A DNA stretch of 64,000 bases from Candidatus Bathyarchaeota archaeon (GCA_963772455.1 CAVYXJ010000007.1:32001-96000), one strand, 5' to 3'; shown: positions 38,047 through 48,688, counted from the first letter of the stretch. The notes: generated from the sequence alone by a model not told the origin. Translations and numbers: made by a program.

Positions 38047-40185
38047 TTACTCCATAAACTTCTCGGGTTTGGGCACTTCAAGGACTAAGCCTTTTCTTCG
38101 CCGCAAATCACTTACCACTTCTAAAGATGATTTAGAAGGCATTTTTTCCCAATGATCAAAAAACATTTGCCAAAATGCCCTGCCCGAAGTCGTGGATCTT
38201 AGCTCTTTTGAGAAGCCAAAAGTTTCAGAGACAGGAATAAAGCCCGTGATAACTGTGAGGAGCCCTTTTTGTTCAAACAATGTGACTTTTCCGTGGCGGG
38301 TGCTTAGGATTCTTGAAGATTCGCCTGCTAATTCGCTGGCGACTGAGATTATAATTTTGTAAATGGGTTCAAGCAAGACTGGGTCAGCAGTTAGAAAGCT
38401 TCCGAAAACGGCTTTGCCTACGCCACGCATAATTTCTGAGGAACCGTCTTCGCTTTGATTTAATTGTAAATCTTCTAAGTTCACCTGCAAGTGTCGGACA
38501 GGTTCACCACAGAGTGGACCAGCCTTGCAAGCGTATTCAAATCCAGCAATAATCGCTTCTAAATCCTGTTCAGAAATTTGCTCTGTTTTTCCACTGCAAT
38601 CTAAAAGAACGTTCCGTTGTTCATCAACCGAGAGAACGCTTCCCGAATCAGGTTCGGTAGATGTAGTTGAATCCTCTGTTTCAGGCATGACCTGCACCCA
38701 AAAACTATTCTGTTTATTAGGGCTTTTCGCTAAAGCAACTACTCCTCTTTTCTGGACGCTTTCCATATAAACAACTCTTGGCGAAGAGACAGTAACATCG
38801 ATGCCAAAAGTGTTTTTGAGTTCGTGTATGGCTATTTCTAAATGCAATTCACCCATACCGCTGAGTAGATATTCACCAGTTTGCTTATCTGCAGTAATTT
38901 TGAGGTTGGGGTCTTCACTGGCAAGTTTCTCAAGAGCATCGAGCAATAATGGAATGTCTTGGGTTTTTTTAGGTTCAACTGCTAAAGTTACTACTGGTTC
39001 GGAAACATAGCATATGCCTTCAAAGGGCACCATAGAGTTTTTGTGTGTTAAATCCACAAGGGTTTCGCCAGCCTTAACGGTTCCAGTCAACGTGAAAGAA
39101 GCTAAACTTCCAGCTGAAACCTCGGTGACCTCTTCACGAAGTGATCCCATATCAATAGAGACTTCCTTAACTTCTGTTTCAGAAAGAGCAGCTACAAGAT
39201 GCAGTTTATCACCTTTTTTCGTTTTACCGGAGAAAACTCTGCCAGTTGCGACGGTGTCTCCGTTTGGGTCAAAATGCACGTTGGTCACATACATGACCGT
39301 TGGCGCATCGTCTGCACAGAGAACTAACGCTTTGCCCATATTGGAATTAATTTGTCCGTCCCAAATCTTTTCAGTACGATAAGATTGAGCATCCTTTGGA
39401 TTCGGAACTACATTGATTGCCATTTCGAAAATTGCTGTGTATACTGGCAAAGTCGTTTGCAGTTTCATATGTTGGCCAATGGCATACGCTTTCATTATGT
39501 CTGAAAACTTTATGCATTGCTGCTTCGCCATTTTCATTGTGAACCCCCAGCCGTGCAAAGCTGAGCCAAAAGCTACGTTGCCCAATGAGGCATCGATTCT
39601 CCATTGGTTTTTGAATTGAGGTTCTGCGTAGGTTTCTATTAAGTCATTGAATTTGTTGATTATTTGGTCAAGTTTTTTTTGTATCTGTTCCTCATTTAGC
39701 TGAAGCTCAACAATTAGTTTGTCAACTTTATTGATGAATAATACTGGACGGACACGTTCTTCAAGAGCTTGCTTTGTAACTATTTCAGTTTGAGCCATAA
39801 TTTCCTCGACAGCATCCACAACTACAATTGCGCCATCAATAATTCTCAGAGCTCGAGTTACTTTACCAGTAAAATCAACATGCCCTGGCGTGTCAACGAG
39901 GTTTATGATGTACGGGGTGCCTGTGGCTTTGTAGAGGAGACTGATGTTGGCTGTTTTTATAGTGATTTTGCGTTTCTGCTCTTCCTCAAGATAGTCAAGC
40001 ACTCTTGCCATTCCGGCCATTTTGGTCGAAAGCAATCCAACCCCAGCCAACAAAGAATCAGCAAGAGTGGTTTTGCCATGGTCGATATGTGCAATAATTC
40101 CTACGTTTCGTATAAGTTCTTTTTTGCCCATTAATTGTTGAATTTCAAGGATTTGTTTGAAACGAGGCATCTTTTTAACCGTCAA
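38047..40185 (-). CDS. Diverged elongation factor 2 paralogue (aEF-2p-like)
   Basis: AHIDHGKTT, DTPGHVDF, NKVD, GMGELHLE and a full EF-2 layout, but RKITI in place of RGITI and no HRG diphthamide motif. Confidence 0.88.
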   Translation of the reverse strand: MTVKKMPRFKQILEIQQLMGKKELIRNVGIIAHIDHGKTTLADSLLAGVGLLSTKMAGMARVLDYLEEEQKRKITIKTANISLLYKATGTPYIINLVDTPGHVDFTGKVTRALRIIDGAIVVVDAVEEIMAQTEIVTKQALEERVRPVLFINKVDKLIVELQLNEEQIQKKLDQIINKFNDLIETYAEPQFKNQWRIDASLGNVAFGSALHGWGFTMKMAKQQCIKFSDIMKAYAIGQHMKLQTTLPVYTAIFEMAINVVPNPKDAQSYRTEKIWDGQINSNMGKALVLCADDAPTVMYVTNVHFDPNGDTVATGRVFSGKTKKGDKLHLVAALSETEVKEVSIDMGSLREEVTEVSAGSLASFTLTGTVKAGETLVDLTHKNSMVPFEGICYVSEPVVTLAVEPKKTQDIPLLLDALEKLASEDPNLKITADKQTGEYLLSGMGELHLEIAIHELKNTFGIDVTVSSPRVVYMESVQKRGVVALAKSPNKQNSFWVQVMPETEDSTTSTEPDSGSVLSVDEQRNVLLDCSGKTEQISEQDLEAIIAGFEYACKAGPLCGEPVRHLQVNLEDLQLNQSEDGSSEIMRGVGKAVFGSFLTADPVLLEPIYKIIISVASELAGESSRILSTRHGKVTLFEQKGLLTVITGFIPVSETFGFSKELRSTTSGRAFWQMFFDHWEKMPSKSSLEVVSDLRRRKGLVLEVPKPEKFME

Positions 40186-40273
40186 TCAATGCTGTTGACA
40201 TAGATGCTCTTCTTGAATTAATAAGAATAACTAACATCAAACGATTAGTGGATAGATAGGCTTCTATAAAGAA

Positions 40274-41866
40274 TCATCTAAATGCCAAAACGAAGATTCT
40301 TTCAGGAATAACTCCAAACGTCTCAATTAATTTGAATCGACCTGTCCCATTTAACAGTTCAAAAATAGTCTGCTCAGTCAAATTACTTTGGTAATACGGT
40401 ATGTTTCCGCCGTATTCGTAGAGCATGACAATTTTTGTACCGTTGGTTTGGCAGAAGTTAACTAATTCAGTTATGTTAAATTGAGGCGTGTAAGCATCTA
40501 CAGCCAATTCTGGGTATTGATATACAGGCGTTTGGCTTGCGCTCTTGCTGTTTAAGTAAAACCAAACCATGTCTTTGTTGAAGAGATTGTATGGGCAAAG
40601 AACTAAGATAGATTGGTTACTTTGTTGTGTAGACATCGCATACGTTGCCGCTTCTTGAACCGGAATTTGCGGTTGATTCTGCCCCGCCCAAGAGTAAGCA
40701 TCAATAGAACTGTAAAAGATGCCAGCAGCAACGAAAATTATTAAAATCGCCGCGGCGAATTTAGCGAGATGTTTTTTGGTGATGCTACTTTTTGTGGATT
40801 GCCAGGTTTTTTGTAGCCTGCAAATTATTGACGCTACCAGTGCAGATGCAGAAATTGACAACACGGGGAACAGAGGAGTAACATAACGCCATTGCCTGTT
40901 TGGAATTATGGTGAAAACAACGTATATGATAATGAACCAAACCAGCAAAAACTTGTCCTGCGGCTTTCGCCTGAAAGCAAATAAAGCTAAGCCTGCGAGT
41001 CCTAACCCATAAAGCAAGAGCGAAATCGGATGCTTATCGTTGTATGGCCAGACCATTTCGAGAAGATAAAATATGGGGATCGAGAAACGGTTGCTGTACA
41101 ATGTTTGGCCAGTGTTTCCCACCTGCAAAACGTACAACCATACATTCAGCAACCCTGAAGCGTATAATTCAAAGAGCAGAAAAGCCGCAAGAACCGCTAA
41201 CAAAACCCCTAACCAAAGCCTTTTAGAATGTACGAATCTCTCAATGTGGGTTTTCAGAAAGCCTCCTTTACCAAAAGCAAAGACACATGCAACCATAATT
41301 ATGGGTGCCACGACAAGAATTTGATATTTCACAAGTACACCGATCACTAGTGCAACTATGCTCAATGTCAAGTCGCGTTCTCGACTATTTTTTAGCCACC
41401 TAAAGAAAAACAGCATAGAGACGCAGAAAACGAAGATAAGCATGGTTTCAATCAAGGCCATACTGGCTAACCAAACGATTCCCGGCATCACAGCAAACAA
41501 GACACCTGAGAGCAAAGCAGTTTTTTCGCCGTACGTTTCTTTAGCAATCTTGCAAACCACGAAAAAGGAAAGAAGCGAAAACGTCACCGCGACAAGTCGC
41601 CCTGTCAATACACTCGCACCCGCCAAAGCAAAGTAGACTGCAGTCACCAAATTGTACATAGGGGGATAAAACGAGTTTGTAGCAGCGTATTGCCAAATTT
41701 GCCCCCTGATTAGAAGCAAAGCGCCGTTGAAGTGATTCACTTCATCCCACTGCATGGGAATATAATTCAAGTTTAGGATAACAAGAAAAGCGTAAAATAT
41801 CACAAAAACTAAAAAGATAAAATGACATTTGCTAAATTGAAACTGTAACCATGTTGGCAACCTCAA
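40274..41866 (-). CDS. GT-C membrane glycosyltransferase (PMT/ArnT-like)
   Basis: WDE..H, YPP, many transmembrane helices, KY, and QWRY.TP.FP. Confidence 0.85.
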   Translation of the reverse strand: MRLPTWLQFQFSKCHFIFLVFVIFYAFLVILNLNYIPMQWDEVNHFNGALLLIRGQIWQYAATNSFYPPMYNLVTAVYFALAGASVLTGRLVAVTFSLLSFFVVCKIAKETYGEKTALLSGVLFAVMPGIVWLASMALIETMLIFVFCVSMLFFFRWLKNSRERDLTLSIVALVIGVLVKYQILVVAPIIMVACVFAFGKGGFLKTHIERFVHSKRLWLGVLLAVLAAFLLFELYASGLLNVWLYVLQVGNTGQTLYSNRFSIPIFYLLEMVWPYNDKHPISLLLYGLGLAGLALFAFRRKPQDKFLLVWFIIIYVVFTIIPNRQWRYVTPLFPVLSISASALVASIICRLQKTWQSTKSSITKKHLAKFAAAILIIFVAAGIFYSSIDAYSWAGQNQPQIPVQEAATYAMSTQQSNQSILVLCPYNLFNKDMVWFYLNSKSASQTPVYQYPELAVDAYTPQFNITELVNFCQTNGTKIVMLYEYGGNIPYYQSNLTEQTIFELLNGTGRFKLIETFGVIPERIFVLAFR

Positions 41867-41974
41867 TTTTTCCTCTTCCTACCTATAGCCCCAACGCTGA
41901 TCAATTAGATTACGAAAAATGCACTTAAGCTTTAATTAACTAACTCCGCAGCATTAGCCATCAGAGGACAAGAA

Positions 41975-42736
41975 GTGAAACAGCCAAAAATAGTTGCATT
42001 GGAAAACCTAGATGAGGAACCTTACGCCTCAATAGTGTGCTATCCAAGAACAAACCCAACAGAAATCTATCACCGAATAGAGGAAATGCAACAACATGGG
42101 ATTACATCAATTGAATTTGTAGGGAAAACAAATGCTTCAAACATTCCTGTACTTGGCAAAGGTTACGTAGGAGTGGTCGTAGTTGCGAATGCGAAAGACC
42201 AAAAATTTGCGTTGAAAATGCGACGAATCGATGCAGACCGCTTAGACTTTACGCATGAAGCAGAAATGCTCCAGAAAGCCAATGCAATCGGTGTTGGCCC
42301 TAAATTCATTGCTGTGAGCAACAATTTTCTTTTATCCCAACTAATTGACGGTGATTTACTTGAAGATTGGTTGCAAACTCCAAAAGAAAAAGACCTTATC
42401 CGCAAGGTTTTAGTCGAAATTCTGGAGCAATGCTGGAGTCTAGATGAAGCAGGCTTAGACCATGGAGAACTCAGCAAAGCACCTAAACATTTGCTCGTGG
42501 ATAAGATGGATAAGCCTTTCATTGTTGACTTTGAAACTGCAAGCACAATGCGGAAAGTGATTAATGTTACGTCGGTTTGTCAGTTTCTTTTTATGGGAAA
42601 CAGCAGGGCAGCCAAGATGTTAGAAGAAATTTTCGGCAAGAAAAGTAGGTTAGCATTAATTTCTGGTTTGAAAAAATTTAAAAAGAATTCAACTAGAAAG
42701 AATTTTGAAGATTTACTCGATTTGTGCCTTTCATAA
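41975..42736 (+). CDS. Archaeal atypical Ser/Thr protein kinase (RIO/Bud32-related)
   Basis: LGKGYVGVV, ALK, HEAEML, DHGELS, IVDFETAS. Confidence 0.85.
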   Translation: MKQPKIVALENLDEEPYASIVCYPRTNPTEIYHRIEEMQQHGITSIEFVGKTNASNIPVLGKGYVGVVVVANAKDQKFALKMRRIDADRLDFTHEAEMLQKANAIGVGPKFIAVSNNFLLSQLIDGDLLEDWLQTPKEKDLIRKVLVEILEQCWSLDEAGLDHGELSKAPKHLLVDKMDKPFIVDFETASTMRKVINVTSVCQFLFMGNSRAAKMLEEIFGKKSRLALISGLKKFKKNSTRKNFEDLLDLCLS

Positions 42737-42748
42737 GTTGTAGGGAGT

Positions 42749-43834
42749 TTAGGCAAGGATGTCTTGCAGTCTTTTTTGTTTTATGGCTTCTTTAAATTCC
42801 ATTGCTATCCGTCTGCCCATGTACATGTTCTCGCCGTACTTCAGATAGGCGTATGGTGATGTTCCGATTCCAACATTGGTACCTGCAACGATGCGTGCGC
42901 TGATTTCGAATGTATAAATTTTTGCTTCGTCGGTAATTACGGTTTCAAGGCAGAAGGGTCCAATGATTCCGGGTGGCGCAAGTTCACGTGCTTTTTTGTG
43001 GACGTTTTCTCCCATACGCATGATCTCAGGCAACAAAGATTCGCGAAGAACTATTGGGAAGTTGCCGATTACGGTGTATGTGGGGTTTATGTCGATTTCG
43101 AGTTGTTGGCAAGCTGGAATTTTGCCAATCGAGTCCACCGCGGATTCGTAGCGTCTATCAACGCAGAGCATTTCGACGTCATCATTTATGATAGAGCTAA
43201 AGTAGCTTGGGTAAACATTAACGCCCAATGCGTATTCTTGCAAGTGGATATTTGGCAAATCATCCTTTGTGAGCATGCCTCGTTTGACCATTTCGTTGAA
43301 TTGTTTGTAGAAGTTCTTGGGTGAGTTGGCGAGGAAGTATCCTCTACCACCTTTGGCGCCTTGAAGTTTGGCTATGATTAGGCGGTCGATATCTTCAGGG
43401 GTTTTGAATGTTGCTGGCAATAAGAGTCCAGCTTGGCGTAGCCATTCTTCTTGGCTTTTACGGTTTGCTTCCCAATGGAGAAGTTGGCGGTTGCCAAACA
43501 TGGGCACCATAAGTTTGTCAGTCAACTCTTCTGTGCTAAGGTATGCGGTGAATGAGCCGTGTGGAATTAAAACCACGTTGAGCTTGCGGAGTCGCTCCTG
43601 CATTTTTTCTGCCATTAACTCTGTAAAGTCTTTAACAATTATTAGCTCGTCAACCAATGGGTACTTCTTGTACATTATTGCATCTTTTTCTTTGCAGATG
43701 CAGACGGTTCGGAAACCTTCTTCTTTGGCACCCTTGAAAATGTTTAGTGAGCTATGAGAGCCCAATGTGCCGATGGCAAGCTTGCTTTGGTCATATTTGC
43801 CGATGATTTTGCCGATGTCATCGCCTGTTATCAT
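42749..43834 (-). CDS. purP: Formate--phosphoribosylaminoimidazolecarboxamide ligase
   Basis: TLGSHSSL, IPHGSF, GAKGGRGYF, FEISARIVAGTN. Confidence 0.92.
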   Translation of the reverse strand: MITGDDIGKIIGKYDQSKLAIGTLGSHSSLNIFKGAKEEGFRTVCICKEKDAIMYKKYPLVDELIIVKDFTELMAEKMQERLRKLNVVLIPHGSFTAYLSTEELTDKLMVPMFGNRQLLHWEANRKSQEEWLRQAGLLLPATFKTPEDIDRLIIAKLQGAKGGRGYFLANSPKNFYKQFNEMVKRGMLTKDDLPNIHLQEYALGVNVYPSYFSSIINDDVEMLCVDRRYESAVDSIGKIPACQQLEIDINPTYTVIGNFPIVLRESLLPEIMRMGENVHKKARELAPPGIIGPFCLETVITDEAKIYTFEISARIVAGTNVGIGTSPYAYLKYGENMYMGRRIAMEFKEAIKQKRLQDILA

Positions 43835-44928
43835 GTTACCACTTCGGCAAGACGCTTTTTCCTGACTGCACGTTTAATCTCCATGGCGACGCGTTTACCT
43901 GGCCCAACTTCCACACCGTACTTGTATTTCATGTATGGCGAGGTTGGCTCGACGCATGGGCAGCCTGGGACACGGGGACTGACATCGAAAACGCAGAATT
44001 CTAAGTCTTTGGTTATTGCACCCTGAAGTGCAAAAAGCCCAATCATACCGGGCGGGAACTCTTTCTTACATATTTGCACCCAACGCTCTGCAGCTTCAAA
44101 GATTTTTTCAAGTTGACTTTCCCTCATAGTTGCGCCCATATGCCCAATTTCGATGTTCTGTGTGGGTATGTTTAGTTCGAGTTGTTCTTTGGCGGGTAGG
44201 TCAAGAACACCATCAAGATCGGTCTGGATTCGTCTATCGAAACCAAGCAGGTCTATGTCGTCAGTTAAGGGTGACCAGAAATAGTTCGCGTTAAATTTGG
44301 CGCCTATAACGTATTCTTCGATGACGGATTGGTTGAGGGCTTCACGAGTTATGATACCGGCTTTTATCCGTTTTTGGGCTTCCCGCTCATACTCCTCAGG
44401 CGTCGAAGCGTAGAAGAATGCTCGTTCAATTGCGCGACCTTTCTCAGCGACTTTTACTATAGCGGGGCAATCGATGTCTGCTGGTGATTTGAAGGCGCGG
44501 GGAAGTTTTATTCCTGCTTCCTTTAGGAGCCAGAGCTGGTTTTTTGGTGCCGTGCGTTCTTCAGTTTTTAGCAGATACCTGTTTCCCATGAGAGGAACAG
44601 AGAATTTCTGTTCTATGGCTTCGTAGCCTGCATATACGCTAAACGAGCGGTTGGGAACGAAGACTGTGTTTAGTTCGGTTAGTTGCTTTACGACCTCTGG
44701 AGTTGTGATATCTGAGAATTTATCCAGAAAAATAAATTTGTCAAAGATGTTTCGATAGTATCGGGCATAGGTTTTTTCTCTACCTTTTTGGCACACAACT
44801 ACAGTTTTGAAGCCTTCCTGTTTAGCCCCTGAAGCAATTTCTAGGGCCGAATGCGAACCTAAGACGCCTATATAGATTTTCTCTTGGTTATAATCGGCTA
44901 ACGTTTGTTTTATTTTGTCTTGCATCAT
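43831..44928 (-). CDS. PurP-like ATP-grasp paralogue
   Basis: LGSHSALEI, PNRSF, ERAFF, IEIGH, FDVSPRVPG. Confidence 0.88.
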   Translation of the reverse strand: MMQDKIKQTLADYNQEKIYIGVLGSHSALEIASGAKQEGFKTVVVCQKGREKTYARYYRNIFDKFIFLDKFSDITTPEVVKQLTELNTVFVPNRSFSVYAGYEAIEQKFSVPLMGNRYLLKTEERTAPKNQLWLLKEAGIKLPRAFKSPADIDCPAIVKVAEKGRAIERAFFYASTPEEYEREAQKRIKAGIITREALNQSVIEEYVIGAKFNANYFWSPLTDDIDLLGFDRRIQTDLDGVLDLPAKEQLELNIPTQNIEIGHMGATMRESQLEKIFEAAERWVQICKKEFPPGMIGLFALQGAITKDLEFCVFDVSPRVPGCPCVEPTSPYMKYKYGVEVGPGKRVAMEIKRAVRKKRLAEVVT

Positions 44929-45983
44929 GCTTTTTCACCCATAAAGTCCTTGTAAGCGTTAATTACTTTGGCTAGCTTTGGAGTATCAAATAGTTTAATG
45001 TTTGTCATCTCGTTTGCAACTGCCATGTACATTTGGCTGATGATTGTTTTAAGTTTGGAGTCAAGTTTGGGCGGCTGCGATTTGCAGAGAGACTTCCAAT
45101 CTTGGACTCCTTTGGCTTCTGCATCTTTCTTAGCCTGCTCTAAATCGTTGTACCAGCCAGTTTTCTTGTAGAATTGCCTGGCGACCTCTTTGCTGACGTG
45201 GACGCCATCGTAAGTAAAGCGGCATTCATCTAAAGTGCCTAAAACGTCCACGAGCATAAGTTTTCTTTTATCGTCGAACGCCAATTCGATCTTGCCATCC
45301 TCATTCTTCAAACCAGCGTTTGAGGCAGCCTTCGATATTGTTTTATCCGCTTTCAGGAGAACGGCTTTGATATCAGCGAGTTCTAGATCATTTAAGCCAG
45401 CGATTTTCTGTGCCTCTGCCCAAGTGATGTAGCGGTCAGTTTCTTCTAGTTTAGTGCTTACGTCGAAGATTGGTTTGGAGAGAGTTTCGCCTGGTTTGGG
45501 CTGGTGATCTAATCCAAGTTCTTTTAGGGTTACTTTCCCCGTTGCTAGCCGTTTGAATACTGATGAGCCTTCTGGTAAGCCGTTTCTGTAGATTATTTCC
45601 AGCGGAATAAGGCAGTTTTTGAGGACAGACATATACATGCTGTAATCGTGAACTATTTTGCCATTTGCTACAGTTGTTTTTGGCCTGTAAACATTAACCA
45701 GAGCAACTTCCATAGTGCTTGAGGGCGCCATGAGCTCAGCAACTTTGACGGCTTTACCTTTCTCATTAACCAAGCCCTTGTAATGGGTCTTAACTCCAAC
45801 ATTTTCCAGCTGTTCAAAACAGTAAGCACCCATATGACAGAGAGCCGCGCCTTTGCCTTCAATATGATCAGGCATTTCGCCCCAATCAAAAACGCTGTAA
45901 CGATCCGAAAACAGGAATCTGCCTGTGCCCAACTCGGTTTGGGTTGGTTTCTGGATTACATGTAGGTCTTTTACGCTGCCCAT
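44925..45983 (-). CDS. purC: SAICAR synthetase
   Basis: MGSVKD, FSDRYSVFDWG, STKLE, DGKIE, GTLDECRF. Confidence 0.94.
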   Translation of the reverse strand: MGSVKDLHVIQKPTQTELGTGRFLFSDRYSVFDWGEMPDHIEGKGAALCHMGAYCFEQLENVGVKTHYKGLVNEKGKAVKVAELMAPSSTMEVALVNVYRPKTTVANGKIVHDYSMYMSVLKNCLIPLEIIYRNGLPEGSSVFKRLATGKVTLKELGLDHQPKPGETLSKPIFDVSTKLEETDRYITWAEAQKIAGLNDLELADIKAVLLKADKTISKAASNAGLKNEDGKIELAFDDKRKLMLVDVLGTLDECRFTYDGVHVSKEVARQFYKKTGWYNDLEQAKKDAEAKGVQDWKSLCKSQPPKLDSKLKTIISQMYMAVANEMTNIKLFDTPKLAKVINAYKDFMGEKA

Positions 45984-46128
45984 CTTGGTTGCCTCAAATT
46001 ATTTGGTAATTATTGTTTTTGTGCTTATATCGCTTTATCTTACATTCACTTTCAAAACAGACTAAAACTATAGTTATTCAGAAACCGGTCTGTTGGTAAT
46101 TCTTAAAGCTGTTAAAATTTAAAAGAGG

Positions 46129-46608
46129 TCATTTTAGTTTTTTGACTGTTTCGTTGGCTTTTTCGAGTTCTTTCTTTTTGCTTTCTTGGTAAGCCTTCAC
46201 GTTGATTTCCAATTCTTTGTCCTGTAACCCTAAAATTTTTGCAGTTGCGATTGCTGCTCCTTCAGGTTCAATAGTCACAACAGAGCCAATACCGCTTGGC
46301 ACTCTAAGCGATGACAGAATGTCTGCGCCAGCGAATTTGTCGCTGTAAGGCGGACAAGCGATAACGGGTTTTGTAGTGTTGCCATCGATGAAAGCGCTCA
46401 AAGCGTTTGAGCGACCTGCAACTGTGACAAAAACCACGTTTTCCTTTTCAAATTCTCCGATTATTTCAAGTACCATCTGTGGAGTTTTATGGGCAGATGC
46501 AACCCGAAACTCATAGTTTATCCCTAAAAGTTTAAGAAAATTTGCGATTTCACGAGAAAAACCCAAATCTCGTTCTGAACCCATAATTATTACAGCTTTT
46601 CCAGCCAT
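46129..46608 (-). CDS. purE: AIR carboxylase/N5-CAIR mutase
   Basis: IIMGSERD, ASAHKTP, AGRSNAL, PVIACPP. Start placed at ATG 46608; the ORF track gives 46626. Confidence 0.93.
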   Translation of the reverse strand: MAGKAVIIMGSERDLGFSREIANFLKLLGINYEFRVASAHKTPQMVLEIIGEFEKENVVFVTVAGRSNALSAFIDGNTTKPVIACPPYSDKFAGADILSSLRVPSGIGSVVTIEPEGAAIATAKILGLQDKELEINVKAYQESKKKELEKANETVKKLK

Positions 46609-46698
46609 GATTAAATCACTTGACAACTTTAAATCAAAACGGGCTAATTAATATTTAATCAAGCACAAAAAGGAAAGGCGGTTTTTTGTCCTTTGCTG

Positions 46699-47262
46699 CT
46701 AGGTTTCTCCGAAAAATCTTTGCTCAAACCGTTTAACCCACGAAGGAGCCTTAAATAAAGCGTATATCAACGTGCCGAGCAAGCCGAAACCGATGGCGAT
46801 TAACACGGGCATAAGAATGAAAATTATTAGAGGTGCACCTTCAGTTACGAACACATAAGCTAGAAATACCCAGACAGCAGTCAAAACTGCTGACAGCAGA
46901 ATGCTTAATGTTAGGAATGCTTTCACGATGGGTTGGAGACTTGTTTTTTGGGATAAGACAGCGATTTTAACGTAATTCTCGTCTTCAGAGCTGGTTTTTT
47001 GTTCGATCAGGTCAAGGTGCTCGATTGCTTTTTTGCCAAAAGGAGTTAAGACGTAATGTTGGTTGTTGTTTTTTTCGATTAGACCATTCAATTGTTCCAA
47101 ATGGTAATTTAGTTTTCCCGTTGAAATTCCAATTTCAGTGATTAGTTCGGTGTAGGATATTCCTTGGTTTCTCGATTGTACAAGCCTAATTATTGTTCTT
47201 CTGGTTGAGTGAGCCAAAGCTTGGAAAGTAACATTTTCAATTTGTTCAGTTTGGTTCATCAT
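46699..47262 (-). CDS. Membrane-anchored winged-helix transcriptional regulator
   Basis: FQALAHSTRR.II...GKLNYHL wHTH plus two C-terminal transmembrane helices. Confidence 0.8.
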   Translation of the reverse strand: MMNQTEQIENVTFQALAHSTRRTIIRLVQSRNQGISYTELITEIGISTGKLNYHLEQLNGLIEKNNNQHYVLTPFGKKAIEHLDLIEQKTSSEDENYVKIAVLSQKTSLQPIVKAFLTLSILLSAVLTAVWVFLAYVFVTEGAPLIIFILMPVLIAIGFGLLGTLIYALFKAPSWVKRFEQRFFGET

Positions 47263-47505
47263 ATGCTTTTCCTCAGAAACCTAATGTTTAATGAGTGCTT
47301 AAATCGGTTTTTAACAATTATATCTTGACAACTTTTCCGATGCTCACGACCCATGTGGGCGAATGGACAGATGATCAAACGATTGAGTTCTGTTGGAAAG
47401 CATTTCACGAGAAAGAGGATTTGGAAGAAAAATAAATTGTGAACTGGGTTAGTGAAGACCTGATTGAAGTGAAGAAAACAGATCATTCTAAAGACAAAAT
47501 AAAGC

Positions 47506-48027
47506 TTAGCTCCAACTACGTTTTGAGAAGAAAAGAGGACGCTGAACCAGCAACTCAAGAAGCAACTTAGTTAACCGTTCTGCCTGCGCCTCAACTTCAA
47601 CGCTCAAACCTTCACCAAACTCCATATTTTTTGGCTCAATAAGCAACAGACCAATTTTTGCATTTGTCGCTTGTTTTAGATGTTCACAGAAAATCTTCAA
47701 AGGCAATGCATGTGTTGAAATTGCGGAGTAATCCATCATTCGTTCTGCATCTACAAGGCTGGCTTCGCCAGGTTTTAGCTCCAAAAAAGCAGCATCAACC
47801 AATAGGACATGCGTGGGTTTGAATTTCTCTATCTCCGAGAGGTAGTTTTCTGGAACCGTCTCACATTCCAAAAGACAAACAGTCTCTGGAACTTTGCCTC
47901 GCAAATTTTCGACGATTTTTAACCCAACGTAATCGTCTGTGCGAATCGGATTCCCAATGCCGGCTACCACAATTTTTTTGGCATCGGCAAACCAGTTTTT
48001 AAGGTCTTTTTCAACTGCAGTAGACAT
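47506..48027 (-). CDS. hycI: Hydrogenase maturation protease (HycI-like)
   Basis: GIGNPIRTDDYVG, ETVPEN, VDAA, STHALPL. Confidence 0.9.
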   Translation of the reverse strand: MSTAVEKDLKNWFADAKKIVVAGIGNPIRTDDYVGLKIVENLRGKVPETVCLLECETVPENYLSEIEKFKPTHVLLVDAAFLELKPGEASLVDAERMMDYSAISTHALPLKIFCEHLKQATNAKIGLLLIEPKNMEFGEGLSVEVEAQAERLTKLLLELLVQRPLFFSKRSWS

Positions 48028-48103
48028 AAAAACACCTGTTAAGAGAGAATAGAGTTAGGTTAGTAAAAGATTACCTCGAAAGGCTTGATCAAAGTAAATC
48101 TGA

Positions 48104-48577
48104 TTAATTGGCGATGAGAGTTTTGCACCAATCGACAATTTGTTTTTCCGATTCAGTTTTGTTTTCTAAAGCGCTAATTAATGTAAGTTCTCCTATGCAT
48201 TCAGCGTTGGGGATTAAAGCTTTTGTTTCGTCGATGGCTTGAGGTTTTTTGCCTCCTTGAGTGAAGAAAATAGCTACCTTCTTATCTGCAAAATCGTGTT
48301 TTTTAAGGTAGGTTAAGATTGCCGGGGCAGGTCGTCCAGCCCAAACAGGAGTTCCAACAATTACTAAATCATATTCAGCAAGTGACTTCTTGGTTGGAGA
48401 TATTTCGGTCTCTTTTCCACGTCTAGCATCAGAACCCCCGCTTAGATAACCAAGTGCGCCCGTTCGCTTTTTGAGGTCAATAACTTCTTCGACGTCTGCA
48501 CCTATTTCTGCGGCAATTGTTTCAGCGACGAAACGCGCATTGCCAGTACGTGTATAGTAAACGACTAAACTTTTCAA
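48104..48577 (-). CDS. Flavodoxin-like protein
   Basis: VVYYTRTGNA, YDLVIVGTPVW, FFTQGG. Confidence 0.88.
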   Translation of the reverse strand: MKSLVVYYTRTGNARFVAETIAAEIGADVEEVIDLKKRTGALGYLSGGSDARRGKETEISPTKKSLAEYDLVIVGTPVWAGRPAPAILTYLKKHDFADKKVAIFFTQGGKKPQAIDETKALIPNAECIGELTLISALENKTESEKQIVDWCKTLIAN

Positions 48578-48688
48578 GTGAAATCCCTAAACAACGTTAT
48601 ATTCGATTTTAATTGCATATAAGATTTACTTTTAGCTTAAAATTAAAAATAATGAAATAGAGGTTGCCCAAAGAAGAAATGGGCTAAA

